In this document: in pieces, positions 1 to 12,400 of the stretch | Numbering within the stretch: position 1 is the stretch's first letter | How the letters are laid out: every line of letters begins with the position of its first letter | NCBI GenBank assembly: GCA_950097015.1 | Contig: CATNEN010000001.1 | Location: 7,564,001 to 7,628,000, forward strand | Direction: 5' to 3' | From: Macrostomum hystrix | Taxonomy: Eukaryota > Animalia > Platyhelminthes | DNA length: 64,000 nucleotides | Notes under the pieces: model-generated | Database searches by the model: none | Seen by the model: only the letters and a program-made list of their open reading frames with translations | Told to the model about the DNA's origin: nothing | Position numbers and translations under genes: made by a program

Positions 1-445
1 CTAGGCGTTGCTGCTGCTGCAGTTGCTGCTGGAGCTGCTGCTGCTGCTGCTGGCGTTGAAAACGATTAGCAATGTAGCGAGTGGCTGCTGGGGAGCTTGA
101 GTGAGCCGCGGAAGTGGCTGCCGGTACACGGGGAAAATTGATGCTGTTCGGTGCTGAGGCTCCTCCTGCTGTAGCTACTGCAGCTGCTCCTGCTGCTGTG
201 GCTGCAGCTGCGACAGCTTCGCGGCGTTTGATCGCCTCGAGCTGCCGATCAAGCTCCTGGAGCTGGCGCCTTTGCTGCTGCTGCGGTTGCTGCTGCTGCG
301 GTTGCTGCTGCTGCGGTTGCTGCTGCTGCGGTTGCTGCTGCTGCGGTTGCTGCTGCTGCGGTTGCTGCTGCTGCGGTTGCTGCTGCTGCGGTTGCTGCTG
401 CTGCGGTTGCTGCTGCTGCGGTTGAGCGGCAGGCTCGCACTTTGC
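1..445 (-). CDS. Downstream Q-rich exon of the RIM-like gene, open to the window edge
   Basis: acctag|GCA AAG TGC phase-0 acceptor; reads AKCEPAA(QPQQQ)x~10 QRRQLQELDRQLEAIKRR... with no stop to position 1. Confidence 0.7.
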
Positions 446-3400
446 CTAGGTGTTAAAAGCGTTAAGAATTCGTACCGGCCTTGTTCTTTGAGTTGGCCAA
501 ACTTTCTAGCGGGCCAGCTAATTTCAGCCCCCAAAACGGCTGGGGAATGTTTGGCATCAGAACTTCTCTTGCCGCAGCTCTCCTCTCTCCTCCTGTGATC
601 CGGAACGTAAGTAGTAAGGTAGCCAGGATGCCGGGGAAAAGGGAGAGAGAGAGTTTGAGGGTAAGGAATGCAGGGAAAGGGGTGGGAGAACACGGACGCG
701 GAAACGCAATTCTATCCTGAGAGACTAGAGCGGTATTGGTTGGTTTGATGGGCGGGGCCTTGCGTGAGAAGCAGAGAAGGGAGTTATGAGGATCTCGGTC
801 TATTTACGGCCCACTAGGCGCACCGGGACGCGAACTGAGGTGGGACGAACAAGTTTGGGGTAGCTGTTGGACAGAGATGGAGAGAGTCAGTGCATCGATT
901 CCTCACCGCTGTGTCGGGGTTTATCCCCCTTCTCTGACCCCTTCAAGCCTCTCCTCTATTCCCTTCACTCGTATCTCCCCTCCGCGTTGCCACCGGCCCC
1001 TGTACAAAGTCGTACCCTGGGCGTTTTCAACAGAGGCCGGGATTGAGGCCTTGGCAACTATTCAGGAGAACCGGAGAGAAAAATAGATGGCGATGGCTGC
1101 GAACTGGATGCCATTGGTTGGCATTGGAATCCAGTTTTACCTACCCGTTCCCCTAACTTGCTATTCAGTATTTTTGCTCAACATTTCCGTTCCTCGCTGT
1201 CCTGCTCCAATAGGTCAGTCAAAATTCTTTCCAAATCTTAGTCCTCATTTGAATTTCTCTGTTAGATGCAATGGCGGGCTCAAAGCCTAATCCGTTTCCC
1301 AGTGACAGCACGCACTCGCCATGAAGCAGAAGATTAGCTGGAGCAGGGGCGGGTACTCCTGGCTAAAATGAGAGGGAGGAGCCCGAGTTGAGTCTGCCTT
1401 TTTTAGCTCGTTCAAGTGAGGAAATCAGGGACGATGGCTCTTTGTCTTTCTATTCCACTTTCATTCTTCCCTCTTTTCACTGCCTAATCTATTTTCCCTT
1501 TTCCTCACTAATTTAGTCTCGCCTCAGGTCGACATTTTATGAGGCTGAAGATTAAAAGGTAGGGGGAGCAGGGCGAGCTAGACAAAGGCGGGTTCGAGAT
1601 TCGCTGTTTGAGGATGAAGGACGGATTTTCTCGTCAAGGGAGGAAACTTTTTTTTCGTCGGGACATGTCACCGCGAGCTGGGGCCGGGCCTGTGCTCTCA
1701 AGAGTTGCGAGGAAAGCAAGTGCCTTTCCTGACCTGCTTGCTCATGCCTCATTTTCCACCTGCAAGCCATCTCGCATTCTCTAGTCTCATATTCTCCTCC
1801 TGTCTCTCCATGGCTACTCAGGAAAAACAGGCTGGATGCGGGAGAGCAGAAGCCGCCAAGTCTTTTGGAAACTTTCGTCACCTTCCAGGGCGCGCGCGCG
1901 TGTGTGTTGTGTGTGAGAGGACCTTGAGCACTGAAGGGCATTACAGTTCTCAAAACCAAACTCTCCAGCTAGCTCCACACCTTGTCGACCTCGGGGGGGG
2001 GGAGTGGTGAGGGGTTGCCTACTTCATCCGGTCTTTGCCTGCTAGTTTTCCCCACTTTTTCTCAATGCTTCTCTGTTTCCATCTGCTTTCTTCATTCTAG
2101 CTTCTCTAATCCTTGACTTTCAGATTTGAAAGGCAGAACTTTGCTAAAAGCAGACATCCTGATTTCTAGCCAGTTCTCTCTGGCTTTGAGCTTGCTTCTT
2201 GATGAGAGCCTGAAATGAGTTTCTTTGGAAAGACTAGAAAGAGTTCGTTGCTTTGAACGGCTTTGAACTAAGAAGTATAACTATGAAGGCTTGAAACAGG
2301 TATTTTAAGCATTTTTTTCGACTGCTTAAATTCTTGATTAAAAGATACTAATCATGAATCAGCGACGCAGCGGCGAACTCTAGTTCGACACGGAAATATA
2401 CTTTTCTAAGAAGAGTAACGAAATTACGAGTAGAACAATGTCCTACATGCCCTCTCTCACCACTGAACTTTTTCAAACACAAAATTATTTTTTTGGCAGC
2501 ATGCGTTTCCACTCTTCAATATCGACGTCTCTCTGCAGTGTTCCGCTGGCAGTGTTAGTAAAACCCAATGGCAGGATATAAAAGGGGCCTTCAGAGGCCT
2601 AGTCCTCATATTTTGATGATGGAGTTGCGGCAGAGTGTGGGCCAAACTAAGGAGAGTCTGCTGAATGGCTAGGGGAGAAAGAAAAACAGGGGGAGAGAAG
2701 TTGGGAATGCTGTTGAAACCGCCCTAAACCGGTTTTCTGGGATGTCGCAGTTCTGAAGAAGAAACTAAAATAAGAAGGGAAGAGAAGAGAGAGAGAGTGA
2801 ATAAAAGAAGCTTCTAAATTGGGGCTAGATTGGGAGCTCGGGAGGTAGCTATGCAGTTCTCAATAAATTTACGAGATTAATAACACCTAGCTTATTTGGT
2901 TTTTAAATAAGTGTGTTCATTTGTTCATGTTCAGTCCATGGACTGGGGAGGGATAAATAACAGGACCGGACCTCGGTTAGGGTCCGAAGCTCCCCTGTCA
3001 GTATTAGGACAAAAAGAGGGAGAGAAAGTAGGAGACTTTCCTGAAGCCCTGGAGTGATCGAAAAAGCAGAAGGTTTGGAGAAACTTTCTCGAGGTCCTTA
3101 CTTACTCAGCTGTTTACACTGGGTAGGGACTATTTTTATAATGAAGCTGGGGCAATGAGCTAGCCTAGAACCCTGGAAAAGAACTCAAATCTAATCTCCC
3201 CCTCTCCCCAGCCTAGGCAGACAGTCAGTTTCTAAGAAATCGCAGCCTCTTCAGCCAGTGGGTTGGCTATATCTAAGACTCAGTGAGTCCCCCAACCAGG
3301 CTACTCGTTTGTTTAGTTTCTCTGAGCAGATCCTGCGGCCTAGGCTAGTTACTAGCGATGGAGATTTCTTTGGGGAGTAATTTCCAGCCTTCCCTGTCCT

Positions 3401-6400
3401 TCACCCTGCCACTCTCTCTCCCCCGCCAAACTGAATCTCTTGGCAACCCTCCAGGGTCAGTTGCTCAGGCTGGGATAAATGGGAAACTTGAAACTCTCAT
3501 TTTATCTGCGCCGATTTCAACTTTGCGCATGCTCGCTTCTTAGACTAATTAGTTGTAGGCTTTCTCAAACTCGCCCATTAGAAGGATTAGAGTAGTCTCT
3601 AGCTGAAAAAGCACTTTAGAAGCCTAAAATTTTTCTGCTTTCTCGGTCGCAAACTTTCGTATCCCATTGCCGCTCTCTTACTCGTATAAAAGCCCTGTAT
3701 TCTCACCTCTCTGTCACCTCTCTGTACCTCCCTCTCACCTCTCTGTACCTATCCCACCTCTCTGTACCTATCCCACCTCCACCTCTCTGTGCCTCTCTCA
3801 CCTGTCTGTAGCTCTCTACCACCTCTCTGTAGCTCTCTCTCACCTCTCTGTAGCTCTCTACCACCTCTCTGTAGCTCTCTCTCACCTCTCTGTAGCTCTC
3901 TACCACCTCTCTGTAGCTCTTCTCTCACCTCTCTGTAGCTCTCTGTCACCTCTCTGTAGCTCTCTACCACCTCTCTGTAGCTCTCTGTCACCTCTCTGTA
4001 GCTCTCTGTCACCTCTCTGTAGCTCTCTACCACCTCTCTGTAGCTCTCTCTCACCTCTCTGTAGCTCTCTACCACCTCTCTGTAGCTCTTCTCTCACCTC
4101 TCTGTAGCTCTCTCTCACCTCTCTGTAGCTCTCTACCACCTCTCTGTAGCTCTTCTCTCACCTCTCTGTAGCTCTCTGTCACCTCTCTGTAGCTCTCTCT
4201 CACCTCTCTGTAGCTCTTCTCTCACCTCTCTGTAGCTCTCTCTCACCTCTCTGTAGCTCTCTACCACCTCTCTGTAGCTCTCTGTCACCTCTCTGTAGCT
4301 CTCTCACCTCTCTGTAGCTCTCTGTCACCTCTCTGTAGCTCTTCTCTCACCTCTCTGTAGCTCTCTCACCTCTCTGTAGCTCTCTGTCGCCTCTCTGTAG
4401 CTCTCTACCACCTCTCTGTAGCTCTTCTCTCACCTCTCTGTAGCTCTCTCTCACCTCTCTGTAGCTCTCTACCACCTCTCTGTAGCTCTCTCTCACCTCT
4501 CTGTAGCTCTCTACCACCTCTCTGTAGCTCTTCTCTCACCTCTCTGTAGCTCTCTCTCACCTCTCTGTAGCTCTCTCACCTCTCTGTAGCTCTCTGTCAC
4601 CTCTCTGTAGCTCTCTACCACCTCTCTGTAGCTCTCTCTCACCTCTCTGTAGCTCTCTACCACCTCTCTGTAGCTCTCTGTCACCTCTCTGTAGCTCTCT
4701 CACCTCTCTGTAGCTCTCTGTCACCTCTCTGTAGCTCTCTACCACATCTCTGTACCTCTCTCACCTGTCTGTAGCTCTCTACCACATCTCTGTACCTCTC
4801 TCACCTGTCTGTAGCTCTCTACCACCTCTCTGTAGCTCTCTCTCACCTCTCTGTAGCTCTCTCACCTCTCTGTAGCTCTCTCTCACATGTCTGTAGCTCT
4901 CTACCACATCTCTGTACCTCTCTCACCTGTCTGTAGCTCTCTACCACCTCTCTGTAGCTCTCTACCACCTCTCTGTAGCTCTCTACCACCTCTCTGTAGC
5001 TCTTCTCCCACCTCTCTGTAGCTCTCTACCACCTCTCTGTAGCTCTCTCTCACCTCTCTGTATCTCTTTGTAATTTCGACCGCTCTCTCCATGTTTTGTT
5101 GTAGAATCGTTGGAAACAAATATCAGATAGCATGCACTTTTGCAACGGAAGCCTAAACTCATTGCGAACAGTTCCGTTCAATTCTTTCTAGACTTTTTTA
5201 TCTTAATCACAATCACTTTTCCTGCAAGTGAACTGCGAGAAGGCTTTCAGACCAGACACGGGCATCCGCGACCCGCTCTGGCTGGAGAATTTCCCGACGA
5301 GAATAAACAATAGGCTCAAATTTCATGCCAAGCACACGGGGGGACACCCACCAGGCACACACAAACTGATGGGAGATGCCGAAGAGGAAATTGGATTCGA
5401 CCAAGAACGAATTCCTAGCCTAGCATACGAATAGAAGGCTTTCAACTGCAATTCGGACAGCCATATGCATTCGATTCGAAAATTATTGGCACACGCAAGT
5501 CATGTTCGTGACTGAGCCTTAGAAGACAAAACCTACAAATTTATTTTCAACTGCTCTTTAGCCAATGGATAACTGAGTCTCTGACTGTTCAGTCGTTGCT
5601 ATCCTCTTTCTGATTGTTCAGTGGATCGTTGCTATCCTCTCTCTATTTGGTCAGTGGTTCGTTGCTATCCTCTTTCTGATTGTTCAGTAGATAGTTGCTA
5701 TACTCTTTCTGATTGTTCAGTGGATCGTTGCTATCCTCTCTCTGATTGTTCAGTAGATCGTTGCTATCCTCTTTCTGATGGTTCAGTAGATCGTTGCTAT
5801 ACTCTTTCTGGTTGTTCAGTGGATCGTTGCTATCCTCTCTCTATTTGGTCATTGGTTCGTTGCTATACTCTTTCTGATGGTTCAGTGGTTCGTTGCTATC
5901 CTCTTTCTGGTTGTTCAGTGGTTCGTTGCTATCCTCTCTCTGATTGTTCAGTAGATCGTTGCTATACTCTTTCTGGTTGTTCAGTGGATCGTTGCTATCC
6001 TCTCTCTATTTGGTCAGTGGTTCGTTGCTATCCTCTTTCTGGTTGTTCAGTGGTTCGTTGCTATCCTCTCTCTGATTGTTCAGTAGATAGTTGCTATACT
6101 CTTTCTGATTGTTCAGTGGATCGTTGCTATCCTCTCTCTGATTGTTCAGTAGATCGTTGCTATCCTCTTTCTGATTGTTCAGTAGATAGTTGCTATCCTC
6201 TCTCTGATTGTTCAGTAGATCGTTGCTATCCTCTTTCTGATGGTTCAGTAGATCGTTGCTATACTCTTTCTGGTTGTTCAGTGGATCGTTGCTATACTCT
6301 TTCTGATTGTTCAGTGGATCGTTGCTATCCTCTCTCTGATTGTTCAGTAGATCGTTGCTATCCTCTTTCTGGTGGTTCAGTAGATCGTTGCTATACTCTT

Positions 6401-9400
6401 TCTGGTTGTTCAGTGGATCGTTGCTATCCTCTCTCTGATTGTTCAGTGGATCGTTGCTATCCTCTCTCTGACTGTTCAGTGGATCGTTGCTATCCTCTCT
6501 CTGGTTGTTCAGTGGATCGTTGCTATCCTCTCTCTGATTGTTCAGTGGATCGTTGCTATCCTCTCTCTGATTGTTCAGTGGATCGTTGCTATCCTCTTTC
6601 TGACTGTTCAGTGGATCGTTGCTATCCTCTTTCTGATTGTTCAGTAGATAGTTGCTATACTCTTTCTGATTGTTCAGTAGATCGTTGCTATCCTCTTTCT
6701 GATTGTTCAGTAGATCGTTGCTATCCTCTTTCTGATTGTTCAGTGGATCGTTGCTATCCTCTCTCTGATTGTTCAGTGGATCGTTGCTATCCTCTCTCTG
6801 ATTGTTAAGTGGATCGTTGCTATCCTCTCTCTGATTGGTCAGTGGATCGTTGCTATACTCTTTCTGATTGTTCAGTAGATCGTTGCTATCCTCTCTCTGA
6901 TTGTTCAGTAGATCGTTGCTATCCTCTCTCTGATTGGTCAGTGGATCGTTGCTATACTCTTTCTGATTGTTCAGTGGATCGTTGCTATCCTCTCTCTGAT
7001 TGTTCAGTGGATCGTTGCTATCCTCTTTCTGATTGTTCAGTGGATCGTTGCTATCCTCTCTCTGATTGTTCAGTGGATCGTTGCTATCCTCTTTCTGGTT
7101 GTTCAGTGGATCGTTGCTATCCTCTCTCTGATTGGTCAGTGGATCGTTGCTATCCTCTCTCTGATTGTTCAGTGGATCGTTGCTATCCTCTTTCTGGTTG
7201 TTCAGTGGATCGTTGCTATCCTCTCTCTGATTGGTCAGTGGATCGTTGCTATCCTCTCTCTGATGGTTCAGTGGATCGTTGCTATCCTCTCTCTGATTGC
7301 TCAGTGTAGCATCACAGCACTCTATTTGATAGTTGACAGGAAATTTGCAAACAACGTTTGTTTTACAAAGAACATAGACCTAGGAATCTTCTATTTTCGT
7401 CAGAAGCATTTTATTAACTAAACGCGTAATTTAACTCCTAGCACGCCTCCTATCATTTTCGTGTCAAAGAAAAATATGATAAATCTCAAAGCATCGTGCA
7501 AAAAATAACTGAAATTCTATCAGGTTGTCGGACGTCATTGTGATTAGGATTCTAGTGACTAAGGTTTACTTTCGAATGGCGTTTCAAAAAGGCACGATGA
7601 AGATGTGATTGTTTTCAAGTCGTCAGGTTTTTTGCCACGCCAAAAGCTCGATATTTATCTTTGCAGGATTTTACAGCATTTATCAGATCCGTAAAACAAC
7701 AAATTCTAAGCGATGGTTATTCAAAAAGCAGACAAAAAAATAAAATAGTTTTCCAAGACAAGAACCTTGTCCAGTTGTCACAACATATTTCGTCTTCAGC
7801 TCTTAAATATCCAGGATTTTGATAATTTTTTTACAAATACCAATCACCCGATTCAAGGATCGAGCATGACTGACGAAAAGAAAAGCTCTTGTTAACTACA
7901 TTTGATTGCACTGTAGCACATGACACACAAATTCCAAATTTCTAAAAATATCGCTAGAATAAATCGACTCACGTCGTCTTGTACGAGTATATATAGTACA
8001 AGAGTATCATCATTCTCTACCTCGCCTGGCTCCTCTGAAACTCTCTCGTTGCTAGCGGCAGCAGCTTATAAAATCTAATTTCTGGCCTCACTCCACTCGG
8101 CTCACTATTGATCTGGTCCAGCAGCCGCATGCCTACAGGCAAAGGCAGACGTGAGCACACTCATTCTAGATCCCATCTTGTTTCTACTCGTCCTAACACA
8201 GAGACTCAGTTTCTGGCCCCTCTAATCTCTCCCAAGCTAGCCACCATGTCATGCACCCTCGCCCGATCAGACAACCCTCTGACGTTGAAGAGAGAAAGAG
8301 TGAGAGATAATAAACGGTCTGCTGCTTCTACCGTTAGAGTCGGCCTCTGGTGTGTACTTCTAGTGTTGTGTGTGCTCATCACAGTAGCTGATTGCCATCG
8401 CTGCCTGGATGGGAGCGAGGCCAATTTCCCATCATAGAGTGTATAGATTTTTTGTCTGTTAGATGGGGGTAGAGAAATTTTTCCCTAGGAGCGATGTTTG
8501 AGTCGGTTGCTAGCCGTTATAGATTGGTTGGCAGTGTCAAGTGCCAGATGCTTCATCTTTGAAGAAGGATTCAGTCTCCCTCTCCGTCTCTCTCTCGTCA
8601 TGGACTGCTTGAACCGAAACAATACTTAACTGCCAACCAGTGAAATCAATAAAGAATGTAGATTATGGGGTTAAAGGGAGAAAACTACTAGGCAGAGTGG
8701 ATGTACGCACGATCTGACGATGATTAAGTCCGGATGTGCATCCAATTGTGTGTGCTCAATTATCGTTCGAAGGTATCGCTCGTGCTAGTAAATAACTGAA
8801 AATTGAGCGACTACCGCTGCAGTTATACGAGTCTTTAATGTACTTTAATGTCCTCGCGCGCGTATTTAAAAGAGGCATAAAATTTTCGGTCTGAAATTAA
8901 TCTGGTTTATTTTTATTTTTCCTGAAATTGCATCTGAAATTCGAGACAGATAGTCCCGTCTGGTTAAAATTTTATCAACACCCACAGCGCAGGAATAATG
9001 CATGACTCAAGCGTGTCACGTTGCATCGTCAATAATAAAACGATAACCGCCCATGGGAGCGCAGTCGTGCTGGGCAAAGCTTGGTCTCGGAAGTGCTCAA
9101 CGACCGATATCGTCTTACAGGCTGAGTCGAATATTTGAACCGTTCAATTTAATGCAATAAATGCAATTCAGCTGTTTGATGTAGCTAAAATTATGTTTCT
9201 TTTTTTGACTATCGAGTTTAAATTGACATTTCAACTCAAATTTGTTGTAGTCATTACAAAAGTTTTCACTGTCGAAAAACACTGATGCTGGAGCGCAAAG
9301 CCCGGAGTAAGTCCTTTGTCTGACGATACGAAATGCATATTTATGACCCCGGTCCGACTCGGTAAAAACCCGATCCCAGTTAATTAGTTACCTAGTTATC

Positions 9401-12400
9401 CCTAACGAACAAGAGAACGAAAAAATGCACAGTTCTCCACTTCCCATAAAAAGTAACTTATGATGGTGCTGTGACTACTGATAGCAGTAGATATAAAGAC
9501 TTTTAATACGGCTGGTGTCCAAAATTTTCTGCACATTCTACTCATGGTATGTATTTAACAGCAGCTGAACTGGGCCAACTGGGCATTAATAATCTTAATC
9601 AGGCACATAAATATTTGCCCTGGATTTAGAACGAACTTTCAGGGGAGCCCCCTTCTCAAACCACTAGACTCTATATCAGGGGTCGGAAAACTCCGTCCCG
9701 CGGGCCAGATGCGGCCCTCGAAGCTCCCAAATCCGACCCATTGCCCCTACAGTATCCTGTTTCATCTTTCCCCTTCCTCATCTCTCCTCAGTCTCGTCTC
9801 TCCCGTGTCTCATCTCTCCTCAGTCTCGTCTCTCCCGTGTCTCATCTCTCACGTGTCTCATCTCTCACGCGTCTCATCTCTCCTCAGTCTCGTCTCTCCT
9901 GTGTCTCATCTCTCCTCAGTCTCGTCTCTCCCGTGTCTCATCTCTCCTCAGTCTCGTCTCTCCCGTGTCTCATCTCTCCTCAGTCTCGTCTCTCCCGTGT
10001 CTCATCTCTCCTCAGTCTCGTCTCTCCCGTGTCTCATCTCTCCTCAGTCTCGTCTCTCCCGTGTCTCATCTCTCCTCAGTCTCGTCTCTCCCGTGTCTCA
10101 TCTCTCACGTGTCTCATCTCTCACGTGTCTCATCTCTCCCGTGTCTCATCTCTCACGTGTCTCATCTCTCACGCGTCTCATCTCTCACGTGTCTCGTCTC
10201 TCCCGTGTCTCATCTCTCACGTGTCTCATCTCTCACGTGTCTCATCTCTCACGTGTCTCATCTCTCACGCGTCTCATCTCTCCCGTGTCTCATCTCTCAC
10301 GTGTCTCATCTCTCACGCGTCTCATCTCTCACGTGTCTCGTCTCTCCCGTGTCTCATCTCTCCTCAGTCTCGTCTCTCCCGTGCCTCATCTCTCACGTGT
10401 CTCATCTCTCACGTGTCTCATCTCCTCAGCTGTCATCTCTTCTCTGTCTGATCTCTCCCCTATCTCATATTTCTACAGTCGATGCGGCCCGCTGTCGTCT
10501 TTTAGGTTCTCTCTTTGGCCGTCTCGCTAATAAGTTTGCCGCCCCCTGCTGCGCATGCTGTACTGTATAATACTTTCGATCAAATTGCCCAAAGTGAGCC
10601 CTAAAGTTATCATAACGTTATTATTTGTGAAAAAAAATTCAAGGGAAAAACCATTAAGTGAATTAATTAACTCACCTCAATAACAGTCTTGTCCTTCTCG
10701 CCTCCGCTGCCCTGCCGCACAACAGCGGTGCTAATCCGACTGACAACTTTGGTACCCTGGCTGCTCAGAAACCCGGTTAGACCTGTCTGAGGAGCCGCTG
10801 GTTGAGCTGATTGTAGCTGCGGCTGCGGCTGCTGTGGCGGCGGCTGAGGTGGCGCTGTTGTGGGCATTGCTTGATGCGTGTTTCTAGAGAACAGACTGCT
10901 CATTGTGGACAGAAAGCCACCCCCGCTTGTTTGTCCTGTACGCTCCTCCAACGAGCGCTGCTTCGGCAGCTGCTGCAAGGACGTTAGATTCGACGACTGA
11001 CGTGTTTCTTGAACATCCATCACCGATGGTAGCATGGGAGCTTCTCGAGAGCGCTCAGTAAGCAACGGCGGCGTGGGCGAAATATTTTTTCTACCCTCGG
11101 CCATCTCGGGTGATGCTAAATTTCGGTCGTAATCCAAGTCGGCTTCTTCTTCTTCCTCATCGAGTGGCATTGCAATAGCCTTTGCTCTCTGTACTATTAT
11201 GGGGTGAATAATAGGCTCCTCAATGGAGACGTCTTCTTCTGGTCTGGAAGCAGAAGCCTGCAGAGGCTGCTGCTGTTGAAAAGATTGCTGCTGAAGCTGC
11301 GATTCAGGTAACGCTGTTTGTGGCGCTTGTGGCTTCTGGTGCTGCTGAGGGTGCATGGTATGAACACTTGACTCTGCTTGCTGCTGATGCAACTGACGTT
11401 GCTGCTGCTGCTGCTGAGGATGCATTGGGTCTATTTCCCACTGTTGTTGCTGCTCATGCTGGTGTTGTTGACGATGCTGTTCTTGTTGACGTCGTTCGTT
11501 TTGTGTCTGAATGGACATCTGTTGAACTGCAGGCGGTGGGGAAACAATAGCAGCGCCATGGATCTTCATGGACGTAATATCAGCCTGTTGTCGAGGCATT
11601 GCTGGGGCCATCAGTGGTGGAGACGGCGTCCTTCTTGCCACTCTGAGGCTTGTTTCCTCTACACGAGAAGCCTCTGATATTGCACCTTTGGATGAGGCCT
11701 CACTTACTCTTGATGATAGCGGCTCAATTTGTTGCTCAGCCGTTGGTGCTTGGTAGGCAGCCGACGCAACTGCTGAAGCAACCTTTCTCGGCACGACTGG
11801 CGATTCGTAAACTGTCTTTGACGACCCACTGCTGTCTGTCCTTTCTCGTGCAATAGTTGCTGAGGCTAATGGCTGTCTATTGATTTGAGCTTGAACAGGT
11901 GGTGATGTCTGGAACTGAGCCGGCGGAGGCGGCAGAGGCGGTGACGCTGGTGGTGCTGCCGCAACTGCGGCGGATATCGCAATCGCAGCTGCTGAAGATG
12001 CAGCTGCGGATGCCAGCGACGGTTGAGGAGGCCCACGATGTAACTGCTCCTGCTTCGCAGGTGGATTTTGCTGCGAGGGTGGTGGGGTTGGCTGCTGCTG
12101 CGCTGGTGGCGGTGGCGGTGGAGGTACTGGAGGTGGGGGAAGCGACTTTCTGCGAGCTGATGGTTGCGAATGCTGTTGGACAGGCACTGGAGCCACGGAT
12201 GACCCTCTGGCCGGAGTCGATGGGGCAGTTTCGATTAAGCGTCCTGTTATGCGCCGCTTCTCAGCTGAAGCTGCAGCCGGCACTGGCTGATGATGCGGTT
12301 GCCTGACGTCTTTGGCGACTAACCTGACGACGGCAACTTCTTCCATCTTGCGAAATTTGGATTCTGCTGAGCTGCTCTGCTGCACAGTCTCAAGCGTTAG

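Noticed and set aside
5621-7309. Long Cys-rich ORFs (DRCYPLSDCSV)n
   Set aside because: Artefact of a 33-bp intronic minisatellite, antisense to the host gene and without a convincing start or signal peptide.
7970-8070. Possible small extra exon of the RIM-like gene (..EEPGEVENDD..QDD|gtgagt)
   Set aside because: A donor is present but the visible acceptors are phase 1, incompatible with the phase-0 donor at 10676 unless further unseen exons exist.
9280-9345. CTGACGA-TAC-GAAA hammerhead-like core with a possible stem I
   Set aside because: No stem II, no NUH triplet in the right position and no proper stem III.
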